Assembly: GCF_006345805.1 (NCBI RefSeq)
Contig: NC_043026.1
Coordinates: 5,518,001-5,582,000, forward strand
Direction of reading: 5' to 3'
Source: Octopus sinensis
Lineage: Eukaryota
DNA: 64,000 nt
Positions 36,422 through 47,800 of the stretch are shown in pieces (position 1 is the first letter of the stretch; each line of letters starts with the position of its first letter). The translations under genes were made by a program, and so were the position numbers. A model generated the notes under the pieces. That model did not search any database. It saw nothing but the letters and a program-made list of their open reading frames with translations, and had not been told where the DNA came from.

Positions 36422-37496
36422 TTAACCCTTTCGTTACTGTATTTCTATTGTGATGCTCTGTGTTTCTTTGAATTAAATTTAAATATAACAAAGAATTTAG
36501 TAAAATAACTTAGTTATCATTAAGCTGGTGTTAGGAACATAAATTGTGACTAAGGTTTAGTGGAAGATTTTAATTCAAAACTTATGAAAACAAGACATTT
36601 GTACTACAGAGCCAGAGGTGGGTTCAACCAGGTTGGTATCAAAAGGGTTAAGAATTGTTTCTCTATTATATATTTTAACCCTTTTGTTACCATATTTCTA
36701 TTGAGATGCTCTGAGTTTCTTTCAATTAATTTTAAATATAACAAAGAATTTAGTAAGATAACTTAGTTATCATTCAGCTAGTGTTAGGAACATAAATTGT
36801 GACTAAGGTTTGGTGGAAGATTTTAATTCAAAACTTATGAAAACAAGACATCTATACTACAGAGCCAGAGGTGGTTTCAACCAGGTTGGTATCAAAAGGG
36901 TTAAGAATTGTTTCTCTATTATATATTTTAACCCTTTTGTTACCATATTTCTGTTAAGATGCTCTGAGTTTCTTTCAATTAATTTTAAATATAACAAAGA
37001 ATTTAGTAAAATAACTTAGTTATCATTAAGCTAGTGTTAGGATCGTAAATTATAAAGAATTTAGTAAAATAACTTAGTTATCATTAAGCTAGTGTTAGGA
37101 TCATAAATTATAACAAAGAATTTAGTAAAATAACTTAGTTATCATAGGCAGATGGACATTAGAAGCAGTTGAAAGGGTGAGGATATAAGGAAATTTAGGC
37201 TATTATTTCTAGCATATAGAGTGACCACATTGAGGTCTCCTCATGTTTTCTGCTGATTATTTTCCTCTTAACCCTTTTGTTACCATATTCCTGTTGAGAT
37301 GCTCTGTGCTTCTTTGAATTAATTTTAAATATAATAAAGAATTTAGTAAAATAACTTAGTTATCATTCAGTTAGTGTTAGGAACATAAATTGTGACTTAA
37401 GTTCAGTGGAAGATTTCAATTCAAAACTTGTGAAAACAAGACATTTGTACTCAGAGCCAGAGCCGGTTTCAGTCGGGTTGGTAAGGAAAGGGTTAA
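36422..37496. mobile_element. Cluster of TTAA MITE copies (36422-36651, 36676-36904, partial 36928-37140, 37268-37496)
   Basis: ttaaccctt...aagggttaa termini; ~252-bp tandem duplication includes the spacer gaattgtttctctattatatatt. Confidence 0.8.
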
Positions 37497-37819
37497 AGCA
37501 CTCAAAATTCCTGGCAGAAACTGCCAAATAAATACTTTCAGTTTTGATAAAGCTTCACCGAAAAATTGCTACAAGGACAATGTTGGTGATCGTGATGTAA
37601 TGATGGTGATGCTTTCTGAAAGGCATGAAGTAGCATACATTGTGGTCAGGTAATGGTTGATGAAAGCAACCCCAGAACTTGATTGGGGTGTACTTTGTCA
37701 ACCCAAATGAAAACCTGATCTCATGGCAGCTTTATCTAAGACATATATAAACAAATGCAAAAAAGGCATTTGGTCCACATGGAAAATAAACAAAGTAATT
37801 CAGCTCAAAAACTACACGC

Positions 37820-38200
37820 ACACACACCAACCTAGACACACATACACACACCAGCCTAGACACACACACACACCAACCTAGACACACACACACACACCAA
37901 CCTAGACACACATACACACACCAGCCTAGACACACACACACACCAACCTAGACACACACACACACACCAACCTAGACACACATACACACACCAACCTAGA
38001 CACACATACACATCAACACCAACCTAGACACACACATACCAACACCAACCTAGACACACACATACCAACCTAGACACGCACACACACATACCAACCAAGA
38101 CACGCACACACACACACACACCAACCTAGATACACACATACACACACCAACCTAGACACACACACATACACACACCAACCTAGACACACATACCCACCTA
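37820..38200. repeat. ~22-24-bp minisatellite caccaacctagacacacatacaca
   Basis: About 15 visible units just 3' of the exon 3 donor. Confidence 0.9.
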
Positions 38201-38262
38201 CACACATACACACCCTCACTCGCATACTTACACACACCAACGCACACCTTCACATACACACA

Positions 38263-38293
<31 letters not shown>

Positions 38294-38347
38294 CAGAGGC
38301 TCAAACCTAAACACCAATGCACACGAGTATACGTTTTAAGAACTCAC

Positions 38348-38473
38348 AATAGTCATCCAAAATCTCTGGAGCGTCTAGAATTCTGTCGGAGGTCTGTGGA
38401 ATGTGTCTGGTAAGCTTCTTACATTGACTGTTCTTACTGGAAGTGTACAAGATCCGGAGACTGTTCTGGTGAC
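38348..38473 (-). CDS. CDC20: CDC20 coding exon 3 (GHQNSLRILY...RHIPQTSDRILDAPEILDDY)
   Basis: Acceptor ctgccag|GT, donor TATT|gtgagt. 126 nt, phase 1/1. DRILDAPE signature. Confidence 0.97.
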
Positions 38474-38552
38474 CTGGCAGAAAGAGGAAGACAAAACAAT
38501 CTTTGAATACCATGGTAACAACGATAATGTGGTTCTTGACCTTTTGACCTAC

Positions 38553-39782
38553 ATCATCATCATCATCATTTAGCGTCCGTTCTCCATGCTAGCATGGGTT
38601 GGACGGTTCAAACTGGGATCTGTGAAGCTGGAAGGCTTCATCAGGCCCAGTCTGATCTGGCAGTGTTTCTACGGCTGGATGCCCTTCCTAACGCCAACCA
38701 CTCCGTGAGTGTAGCAGGTGCTTTTTACGTGCCACCCACACAGGTGCCAGACAGAGCTGGCAAACGGCCACGAACGGATGGTGCTTTTACGTGTCACCGG
38801 CACGGGGGCCAGGTGAGGCAGGCAACGGACACGAACGGATGGTGCTTTTACGTGCCACCAACACGGGGGCCAGACAGAGCTGGCACAGATTAAAAAAATA
38901 ATTTTTGTAACTTAAACACTTTCAAACTTCGGACGCTGGTAGAATGTGTCATATAAAATGTCATTACCAGTTCTGCTGGACTGGGTCCTATACAGGTACC
39001 ACTTAAAGAAACACCATTTGAGTGTGGCCGTTGCCAGTACCGTTGCCAGTACCACCCTTGTGCCGGTGGCACATAAAAGCACCCACTACACTCTTGGAGT
39101 GATAGGCGTTAGGAAGGGCATCCAGCTGTAGAAACTTTACCAGATCAGATTGGAGCCTGGTGCAGCCATCTGGCTCGCCAGTCCCCAGTGTAACCGTCCA
39201 ACCCATGCCAGCATGGAAGGCAGACGTTAAACAATGATATATATATATATATATCAGAAGTGGCTGTGTGGTAAGTAGCTTGCTAACCAACCACATGGTT
39301 CCGGGTTCAGTCCCACTGCGTGGCATCTTGGGTAAGTGTCTTCTGCTATAGCCCCGGGCCGACCAATGCCTTGTGAGTGGATTTGGTAGATGGAAACTGA
39401 AAGAAGCCTGTCGTATACTCTTTACTCTTTTACTGCGGCCATGCTGGAGCACCGCCTTTAGTCGAGCAAATCGATCCCGGGACTTATTCTATCGGTCTCT
39501 TTTTTTTTGCCAAACCACTAAGTAATGGGGACGTAAACACACCAGCATCGATTGTCAAGCAATGCTAGAGGGTCAAACACAGACACGCAAACACACACGC
39601 ACATACATATATACGACAGGCTTCTTTCAGTTTCCGTCTACCAAATCCACTCACAAGGCATTAGTCGGCCCGGGACTATAGCAGAAGACACTTGCCCAAG
39701 ATGCCATGCAGTGGGACTGAACCCAGAACCATGTGGTTGGTTAGCAAGCTACTTACCACACAGCCACTCCTGCGCCTATGTG

Positions 39783-39813
<31 letters not shown>

Positions 39814-40010
39814 TTGTCCACCCCCCTAGCATTGCTTGACAACCGATGCTGGTGTGTTTACGTCTCCGTTACTTAGCGGTTCGGCAAAAAGAGACCGATA
39901 GAATAAGTACTGGGCTTACAAAGAATAAGTCCCGGGGGTTGATTTGTTCGACTAAAGGCAGTGCTCCAGCACGGCCGCAGTCAAATGACTGAAACAAGTA
40001 AAAGAGAGAA
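38553..40010. mobile_element. Nested cluster: RTE 3' end (-, 38553-38890), RTE 3' end (+, 39000-39235), SINE-A head (+), SINE-A (-, 39420-39775), SINE-A 3' half (+)
   Basis: Each block matches families defined elsewhere in this window. Confidence 0.8.
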
Positions 40011-40035
40011 ACATATATATATATATATATGTATA

Positions 40036-40408
40036 CTAGCAGTATCGCCCGGCGTTGCTCGGGTTTGTAAGGGAAATAACTATAAAGCATTTTTAGAGAG
40101 TTATAGCCAAAAAATGGAAAAAAAAATTATGGTAAATTTTTTTTTTAGTTAAAAAGGTCGAATTGCGTCCCCTAGACAGTCTGTGGTTTGTGTTTCTGAT
40201 TCTCGACCCCATGTCGAATTTATCGATTTTTTTCAGAACTGGGGGAACTTTTCAAAATTTTCGCTGCGTTAGTTTTGAATTATGACATTGGGCTATGTGT
40301 GTGTCAAGTTTCTTCAGAATTGGTTGAAAGCCGTGGTCAGGGTGAGGGTACAACCTGACAGACACACAGAAACACACACAGACAAACTGCCGTTTATATA
40401 TAGAGAGA
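40036..40408 (-). mobile_element. Non-autonomous Helitron (same CTAG 3' end, different 5' body)
   Basis: a|ctagcagtatcgcccggcgttgctcggg at 40035; 5' end A|TCTCTCTATATATAAACGGC on minus. Confidence 0.8.
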
Positions 40409-40789
40409 TGTCTACCAAAGCCATTCACAAGGCTTTGGTTGACCCAAAACTATAGTAGAAGACATTTGCCCAAGGTGACAAAGTAACAGGATTGAACCCA
40501 GAACCATGTGGTTGGCGAAGCAAACTCCTTACCACAGGACCACACCCGCAAATTTCGGGGGGGGGGGGGGTCAAATAAAAAGTAATAGAAAAAAAAAGGC
40601 AATCAGCAATATCTTAATAGAAGGAAGAAAGGATTAAAACAGCAACCACACAATTAACAATGGGAGGCTTTTAAAGGGGTCAAGGCCAGGATTTGGGTTT
40701 CTGTTGAGAAGTGGTCCTTTTGTTTTAATCAAGAGTGGAAAATAATGTTGAGGTCTTGCTTACTGCTTTTGTGATGGTTGAGTGTATAT

Positions 40790-41447
40790 AGTAGTAGTAG
40801 TGGTGGTGGTGGTAGTAGTGGTGGTGTTGGTGGTAGTGGTGGTGGTGTTGGTAGTAGTAGTGGTGGAGGTGGTGGTAGTGGTAGTAGTGGTGGTAGTAGT
40901 AGTGGTGGTGGTAGTAGTGGAGGTGATGGTAGTAGTGATGGAGGTGGTGGTAGTAGTAGTGGAGGTGGTAGTAGTAGTGGAGGTGGTGGTGGTAGTAGTA
41001 GTGGTGGTGGTAGTAGTAGAGTTGGTGGTAGTAGTAGTGGAGGTGGTGGTGGTAGTAGTAGTAGTGGTGGTAGTAGTAGAGTTGGTGGTAGTAGTAGTGG
41101 TGGTGGTGGTGGTAGTAGAGTTGGTGGTAGTAGTAGTGGAGGTGGTGGTGGTAGTAGTAGTGGTGGTGTTGGTAGTAGTAGTGGTGGAGGTGGTGGTAGT
41201 GGTAGTAGTGGAGGTGATGGTAGTAGTGGTGGAGGTGGTAGTAGTGGTGGTGGTAGTAGTGGTGGTAGTAGTAGAGTTGGTGGTAGTAGTAGTGGTGGTA
41301 GTGGTAGTAGTGGTGGTAGTAGTAGTGGTGGTGGTAGTAGTAGAGTTGGTGGTAGTAGTAGTGGTGGTGGTAGTAGTGGTGGAGGTGGTGGTAGTAGTAG
41401 TGGAGGTGGTGGTAGTAGTAGTGGAGGTGGTAGTAGTAGAGTTGGTG

Positions 41448-41479
<32 letters not shown>

Positions 41480-41625
41480 GGTGGTAGTGGTAGTAGTGGT
41501 GGTGGTAGTAGTGGAGGTGATGGTAGTAGTAGTGGAGGTGGTGGTAGTAGTAGTGGTGGTGGTAGTGGTAGTAGTGGTGGTGGTGGTAGTAGTAGTGGTG
41601 GTAGTAGTGGTGGTGGTGGTAGTAG
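40790..41625. repeat. (GGT)n/(AGT)n compound microsatellite
   Basis: Directly visible. Confidence 0.97.
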
Positions 41626-42479
41626 AAATAATTAAAATTAATTTCTTGTTATAACACTGGGATCTTTTATTTTTTTACTTGTTTCACATATCAGACTGTG
41701 GCCATGCTGGGGCAACGTCCCCAAGAAATCTTTTTTAGTCAAACAAATCAACTCCAGTACTTCGTTTGTCTCTTTTTTTAAAGACTGGTACTTATTCGAT
41801 CATTTCTTTTGCCAAAACCTGTAAGTTACAGGGATGTAAACACACCAACACTGGTTGTTAAGCGGTGGTGGTGGTAGTTGTAGTAGTAGAGGTAGTAGTA
41901 ATAGTGGTAGTGGTGGTAGTTGTAGTGGTGGTGGTGGTGGTGGTAGTACTTGGTTTATAGCTAAGGCTCATGTTACTTTCCATTGTCTTTGAGAGAGAAA
42001 GATCCTCTGGTGGGGGTCGGGGGGGATGGGACTGAGTGATGGAGTGTAAAGAGGAGAGTGAACGAGGTCGGGGGGTGGGGGATGGGGGGTTGGAAGAAGT
42101 CAAGGAATTGGTGGAACGGGGGGGGGGAAGAGGGGTGCAGACCCACCCCCACACCCCCGCCAAACCCAGCAGAAAGAGCAAGCTGTAGGAAGGGAAGGAC
42201 AGGATAGGAAGAGATGAGGAAGAGGCTAAGGAATGGTGGTGGTGGGCAGAGTAGAGAAGATAATGGAGGGTCGTGGCAGGTGGGTGGTGGTGGTGGTGGT
42301 GGTGGGGAAGAAGCGGGGGGGGGGAGGGACAAACCCTCAGCAAACCATTCATCATCCATCCCCCCCCCCGCACAACCAATCCAATGGTTCCAGCTCCCTT
42401 CATTCCTTCCGCCTGCCTACCAAGAGATAAGATCTTGAGAGGGGGTGAGTAAAAGAAATGGGGAAAGAGTAGTGGTGAG

Positions 42480-42950
42480 GGCAGGTTGGGGGGGGTGATG
42501 GTGGTGGCGACGGCAGGGAGGTTGATAGTGGTGATGGGGGGGATTGATGGTGGTGATGGTGGGGGAGGGTTGATGGTGGTGACGGTGGGGGAAGGTTGAT
42601 GGTGGTGACGGTGGGGGAGGGTTGATGGTGGTGGCTGTGGTGGTGACGGTGGGGGAGGTTGATAGTGGTGACGGGGGGGGTTGGGTGGGGTTGATGGTGG
42701 TGACGGTGGGGGAGGGTTGATGGTGGTGGCTGTGGTGGTGACGGGGGAGGGAGGTTAATAGTGGTGACGGGAGGGGGTTTGATGGTGGTGACGGTGGGGG
42801 AAGGTTGATGGTGGTGACGGTGGGGGAAGGTTGATGGTGGTGACGGTGGGGGAAGGTTGATGGTGGTGACGGTGGGGGAAGGTTGATGGTGGTGACGGTG
42901 GGGGAGGGTTGATGGTGGTGACGGTGGGGGAGGGTTGATGGTGGTGGCTG
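42480..42950. repeat. 26-bp G-rich minisatellite gatggtggtgacggtgggggaaggtt
   Basis: Period measured at 42781-42930. Confidence 0.9.
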
Positions 42951-44024
42951 TGTGGTGATGGTTGATGATGATGGTGGTGGTGGTATGTGATGCTTTTGTG
43001 GTGGTTGATGGTGATGGTGGCAGTGCTGAGGATGTGTTGTTGTTGGTGGCAGTAGTTGCTGATGGGGGCAATGGTATGTGATACCTTTGTAGTGGTGCTG
43101 GGGGGTGATGCCATTGATGGTGGTGGTGTGTGATACTGCTGTTGGTGGTGGTAGATGATGCTTTTGGTTGGGGTGGTGGTTATTCAATAGGGGTGAGCAT
43201 TGTTTCTAGGCAAGGGGGAGGAGAGGGGGGAAATGGTGTTTCAGTGGTAGTCATGGTGATGACAGTGATAGTGGACGGTGGTGGGTAGTGTGTTGGGAGG
43301 GGGGATACAGTGCTTTGGGTGGTGACAGGTGTTGGCATGGGAGGGGTGGCAGGTAATGGTATTGGTGGTAGCCATAGCCACTGGGCAGTCCCTTCGACCA
43401 TAGGGCACCCTGACCCCAATGTTTGTTTTGTCTGTCCCCCCTAAAGGACCCTCTTTTTCTCAACCTCATTGTTGACTTTGAGGGGAAGCAAGTGGTTGTA
43501 GTCAGAGGCAATGGTGTTGGTGGGAGTAGGCATTAGCAGTGGGTAGCCATGGGTGGAAGGAGTGGTAGTGAAGAGGAAGCAGGGGGAGGTGGAGTGCCAT
43601 TCACTTCACCCATCCATCCCAAATTGAGATGAAGACCAACATGGGTCAAGGACAAAGGGAGGGAGGGAGTGAGAGGGCACCCCAACTCCCACCCCCTGGA
43701 GAAGAGCAGAGAGGGGATAAGGGGAACTCAATTGTTGTTGCTTAGATCCAGGTCAGCACAGCTTCTCAATAGCAGAGCTACCCACCACCCACGATTGAAA
43801 TGTTCCACCCATGACAATCCCTCCACCTTCTTTGGCTCTTTTACTTATTTATATTTTCAAAGTCTGGAACATATTCCATCAGTATCTTTTGCCAAACTAT
43901 TTAAATTACACACACTAGTTGTGAAGCTGGGGTGGGAGAGAGAAACACAAACAGGGCATCTTTTAGTTTCCGTCAACAAAATCCACTCACAAGGCTTTGA
44001 CTGGCCCAGGGCTACAATAGCGTC

Positions 44025-44483
44025 ATGATGCACCAACAGTGTGCTAAAGGTTAATCAATGAACTTCCCTTACTCTTTTGATTTGGCCTTTATACTCCCTT
44101 TTCTCCCACCGCACCGCCTATCCACATTGCATTTATCGCTAGAATTGTACCTCCTGCCACTGCCCTGTCACTACAAGGGAGAAAACTCATATGGTGACAT
44201 GATGCACCAACAGTGTGCTAAAGGTTAATCAATGAACTTCCCTTACTCTTTTGATTTGGCCTTTATACTCCCTTTTCTCCCACCACACCACCTATCCTCA
44301 TTGCATTTATCACTAGAATTGTACCTCCTGCCACTGCCCTGTCACTACAAGGGAGAAAACTCATACGGTGACATGATGCACCTACAGTGTGCTAAAGGTT
44401 AATCAACAAATTAATCAATGAACTTTCCTCGCCCTTTTCAATTGGACCTTATACTCCCTTTTCTCCCACCGCAGCACCTATCC
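44025..44483. repeat. 174-bp tandem repeat (~2.6 copies)
   Basis: atgatgcacc starts at 44025, 44199, 44373. Confidence 0.92.
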
Positions 44484-44537
44484 ACCCCGTCCCAAAATCA
44501 CAACCTCCTCCTCATCATCACCCCACTTATGACTCAC

Positions 44538-44807
44538 CTTCTGGAGCTGTTGGGGGTTTGGCCTTGTATGAAATGATCTTTGAGCTGAGAATCTCCCCAT
44601 TGAGGTTTTCATTCATGATCTTCTGGTACTGCACCTGTGAAGGGCTCCTCGTGTCTGCCTCATCTTTCTTGGCCAAGTTCTCGTTCATGATCTTGTAGTA
44701 GCCGACATCGAACTGGGTCGAACTGCGGTTCGGAATGAAGCGGTCACCGGCAGTTGGTGTCTTTGGAGTCTTTGGCTGCTTCTTAGACTTGCCGGAGTTG
44801 GATTTGC
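44538..44807 (-). CDS. CDC20: CDC20 coding exon 2 (C-box DRFIPNR; MAD2-interacting motif KIISYKAKP)
   Basis: Acceptor ctcaacag|GC, donor GAAG|gtgagt. 270 nt, phase 1/1. C-box and KPPTAPEG align to CDC20 family. Confidence 0.97.
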
Positions 44808-45626
44808 CTGTTGAGTGAGAGAAAGAACAGAACGTAAGAGGGTGACAAGAGTGAGGATCTTCGAGTGAGAGCAACAACAACAAAATGACAGTAGAATGAG
44901 AGTGACAATGGAAAGCATACTGTGAGGGTGAAGGTCGTACCTAAAAATTAGCTTTATATACATACATACATATATATAAGCACATCGTTACAGTTATCTA
45001 AAAGAATTTCTATCCATTACTCAACATTTAGGGATAGAAATAAACGGAATAGTACCGGTCTCAGCGAACTGATTTGGGATTTAAAAGACCACAATGAACA
45101 ATTTCATTTAGAATGGTTGATCCTCTCAATTTCGATACCATATGACAAAGGCAAAAAATTCTGTCTTCTCAGCAATTCTGAGCTATTTTTCATTATTTTT
45201 TCTAAAAATACTCTAGTAAACACGGTTATAGAACGAGCATACAGATGTAAGCATTGGCAGAAACATACTTTTAGTGCATATAAGTAGCCTCTATCATTAT
45301 ATATAATTTAAACTTTAATTTCCTTTATATTTAACATTCACTATTAATATCCCTACTCTTTCTGTTAGCTACTTATGATGTTATATCATATAACGTTTTT
45401 TTAAACAATATTAATAGCATTCTGTCAATCGCTATACAAATCCATCATTTTTTGCTAAAATGTTGTATTAACGAGTTTCGTTTTTTTCACTTTCCCGAAG
45501 AGAAGATTGCATTGTTTATACCATTTATTCTTTTGAATAGTATCAGTGGAATTTTCGAAACGTGTCGAAAGTAAAAATATTTGTTTACACCTGCGTTAAT
45601 TCCATTTTTTATTCATATATATATAT

Positions 45627-45855
45627 ATTTCTTTACTACCCACAAGGGGCTAAACACAGAGGGGACAAACAAGGACAGACAAAGCGATTAAGTCGATTCC
45701 ATCGACCCCAGTGCGTAACTGGTACTTAATTTATCGACCCCGAAAGGATGAAAGGCAAAGTCGACCTTGGCGGAATTTGAATTCAGAACATAACGGCAGA
45801 CGAAATACAGCTACACATTTTGCCCGGCGTGCTACTGTTTCTGCCAGCTCGCCGC
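45627..45855 (-). mobile_element. SINE family D monomer
   Basis: Reverse complement of 58246-58475. Confidence 0.88.
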
Positions 45856-45921
45856 ATTGTATATATGTATAGGCGCAGGAGTGGCTGTGTGGTTAGTAGC
45901 TTGCTATATATATATATATAT

Positions 45922-46320
45922 GATCATCGTTTAACGTCCGTTTTCCATGCTAGCATGGGTTGGATGGTTCAACTGGGGTCTGGGAAGCCAGAAGGCTGCG
46001 CCAGGCCCAGTCTGATCTGGCAGTGTTTCTACAGCTGGATGCCCTTCCTAACGCCAACCACTCCGTGAGTGTAGTGGGTGCTTTTTACATGCCACCTGCA
46101 CAGGTGCCAGACGAGGCTGGCAAACGACCACGATCGGATGGTGGTTTTTACGTGCCACTGGCACGGGGTCAGACGAGGCTGGCAACAGCCCCAATCAGAT
46201 GGTGCATTTTACGTGCCACCGGAGGCCAGTCGGGGCGGCGCTGGCAATGGCCACGTTCGGATGGCTCTCTTACATGCCATCGGCACTGGTATCACAGCTA
46301 CAATTTCCATTGATGTTGAT
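45922..46320 (-). mobile_element. RTE 3' UTR with 3 VNTR units
   Basis: Conserved end plus VNTR. Confidence 0.85.
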
Positions 46321-46347
46321 CGAGCTACATTTTCCATTATATATATG

Positions 46348-47047
46348 TGGAGGCGAAATGGCCCAGTGGTTAGGGCAGCAGACTTGTGGTCGTAGGATCG
46401 CGGTTTCGATTCCCAGACCGGGCATTGTGAGTGTTTATTGAGCGAAAACACCTACAGCTCCATGAGGCTCCGGCAGGGGGGGGCGATCCCTACTGTAATC
46501 TTTCGCCACAACTTTCTCTCTTTCTTCTGTGGCCTGCTCGCTTAGCCAGTGGAGTGGCATCATGGAAGCACTCCGTCTGATACGACGTCGAGGGTTCCGG
46601 TTGATCCGAATCAACGGAACAGCCTGCTCGTGAAATTAACGTGTAAGTGGCTGAGCACTCCACGGACATGTGTACCATTAACGTAGTTCTCGGGGATATT
46701 CAGCGTGACACAGAGAGTGACAAGGCCGGCCTTTTGAAATACAGGTACAAGAGAAACAGGAAGTAAGAGTGAGAGAAAGTTGTGGTGAAAGAGTACAGCA
46801 GGGATCGCCACCACCCCCTGCCGGAGCCTCGTGGAGCTGTAGGTGTTTTTTGCTCAATAAACACCCACAACGCCCTGTCTGGGAATCGAAACCGCGATCC
46901 TATGACCGCAAGTCCGCTGCCCTAACCACTGGGCCATTGCGCCTTCGGAGTGGCGTCATATGAAGGTTAAAACAATGCGAAGCACGTTGTGACCAGTGAT
47001 GTGTAGCAACATCTGATAGCCTGGTCAGTCACGGTGATCACAGTGAT
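46348..47047. mobile_element. SINE-C (+, tail 1) interrupted by an antisense SINE-C (tail 2) at 46564-46946
   Basis: TSD ggagtggc(a/g)tcat at 46551-46563 and 46947-46959; tail 1 resumes after it. Confidence 0.88.
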
Positions 47048-47124
47048 ATATATATACATGCACATACACAAACACACACAAAGTACATGTAACAGTACTT
47101 CATGAAGTGAGAGACAAGGGTTAC

Positions 47125-47299
47125 CTGTACTTTTGGGTGTCTTGCTGGAACCTGGAGTCCTGTTCTGTGACAGCACCTTCATAGGACTCTTCTCACCACT
47201 GGAGATGTTCCGGCTGCTGCTGCTGCTGTGCATCCTGTTCTCCGTACACTTACGCTGCCTTCGTGGATCTGAGGCTGCAGACTGGTCAAACTGAGACAT
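47125..47299 (-). CDS. CDC20: CDC20/fizzy coding exon 1 (MSQFDQ...KTPKST-G; exon begins at 47310 with 11 nt of 5' UTR)
   Basis: Acceptor cttctttcag| at 47320-47311, ATG at 47299-47297, donor CAG|gtaacc at 47124. 175 nt, phase 1. MSQF start and RQRK motif resemble the metazoan CDC20 N-terminus. Confidence 0.88.
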
Positions 47300-47337
47300 C
47301 ACCAGGCACTCTGAAAGAAGTAATAGTAGTAGTAGTA

Positions 47338-47401
<64 letters not shown>

Positions 47402-47403
<2 letters not shown>

Positions 47404-47568
47404 GGCGCAGGAGTGGCTGTGTGGTAAGTAGCTTGTTTACCAACCACATGGTTCTGGGTTCAGTCCCACTGCGTGGGACCTTGGGCGAGAGTCTTCTACT
47501 GTAGCCTCGGGCCGACCAAAGCCTTGTGAGTGGATTTGGTAGACGGAAACTCAAAGAAGCCTGTCGTA

Positions 47569-47609
<41 letters not shown>

Positions 47610-47800
47610 GTGTGTGTGTCTGTGTTTGTCCCCCCAATGCTGGTGTGTTTACGTTCCCGTGACTTAGCGACTCGGCAAAAGAGACCGATAGAATAAGTAC
47701 TGGGCTTACAAAGAATAAGTCCCGGGGTCGATTTGCTCGACTAAAGGCGGTGCTCCAGCATGGCCACAGTCAAATGACTGAAACAAGTAAAAGAGTAAAA
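47402..47800 (+). mobile_element. SINE family A, full length, next to the CDC20 ATG-exon acceptor
   Basis: Head aggcgcaggagtggc to ...gaaacaagtaaaagag. Confidence 0.9.

Noticed and set aside
40778-43187. Gly/Ser-, Val- and Pro/Thr/His-rich ORFs of 200-290 aa
   Set aside because: Translations of GGT/AGT microsatellite and a 26-bp minisatellite inside a CDC20 intron.
45470-45600. TTTCCCGAA and TTTGAA motifs resembling E2F/CHR sites
   Set aside because: Plus-strand orientation inside a coding intron, no CCAAT boxes, short motifs expected by chance in AT-rich DNA.
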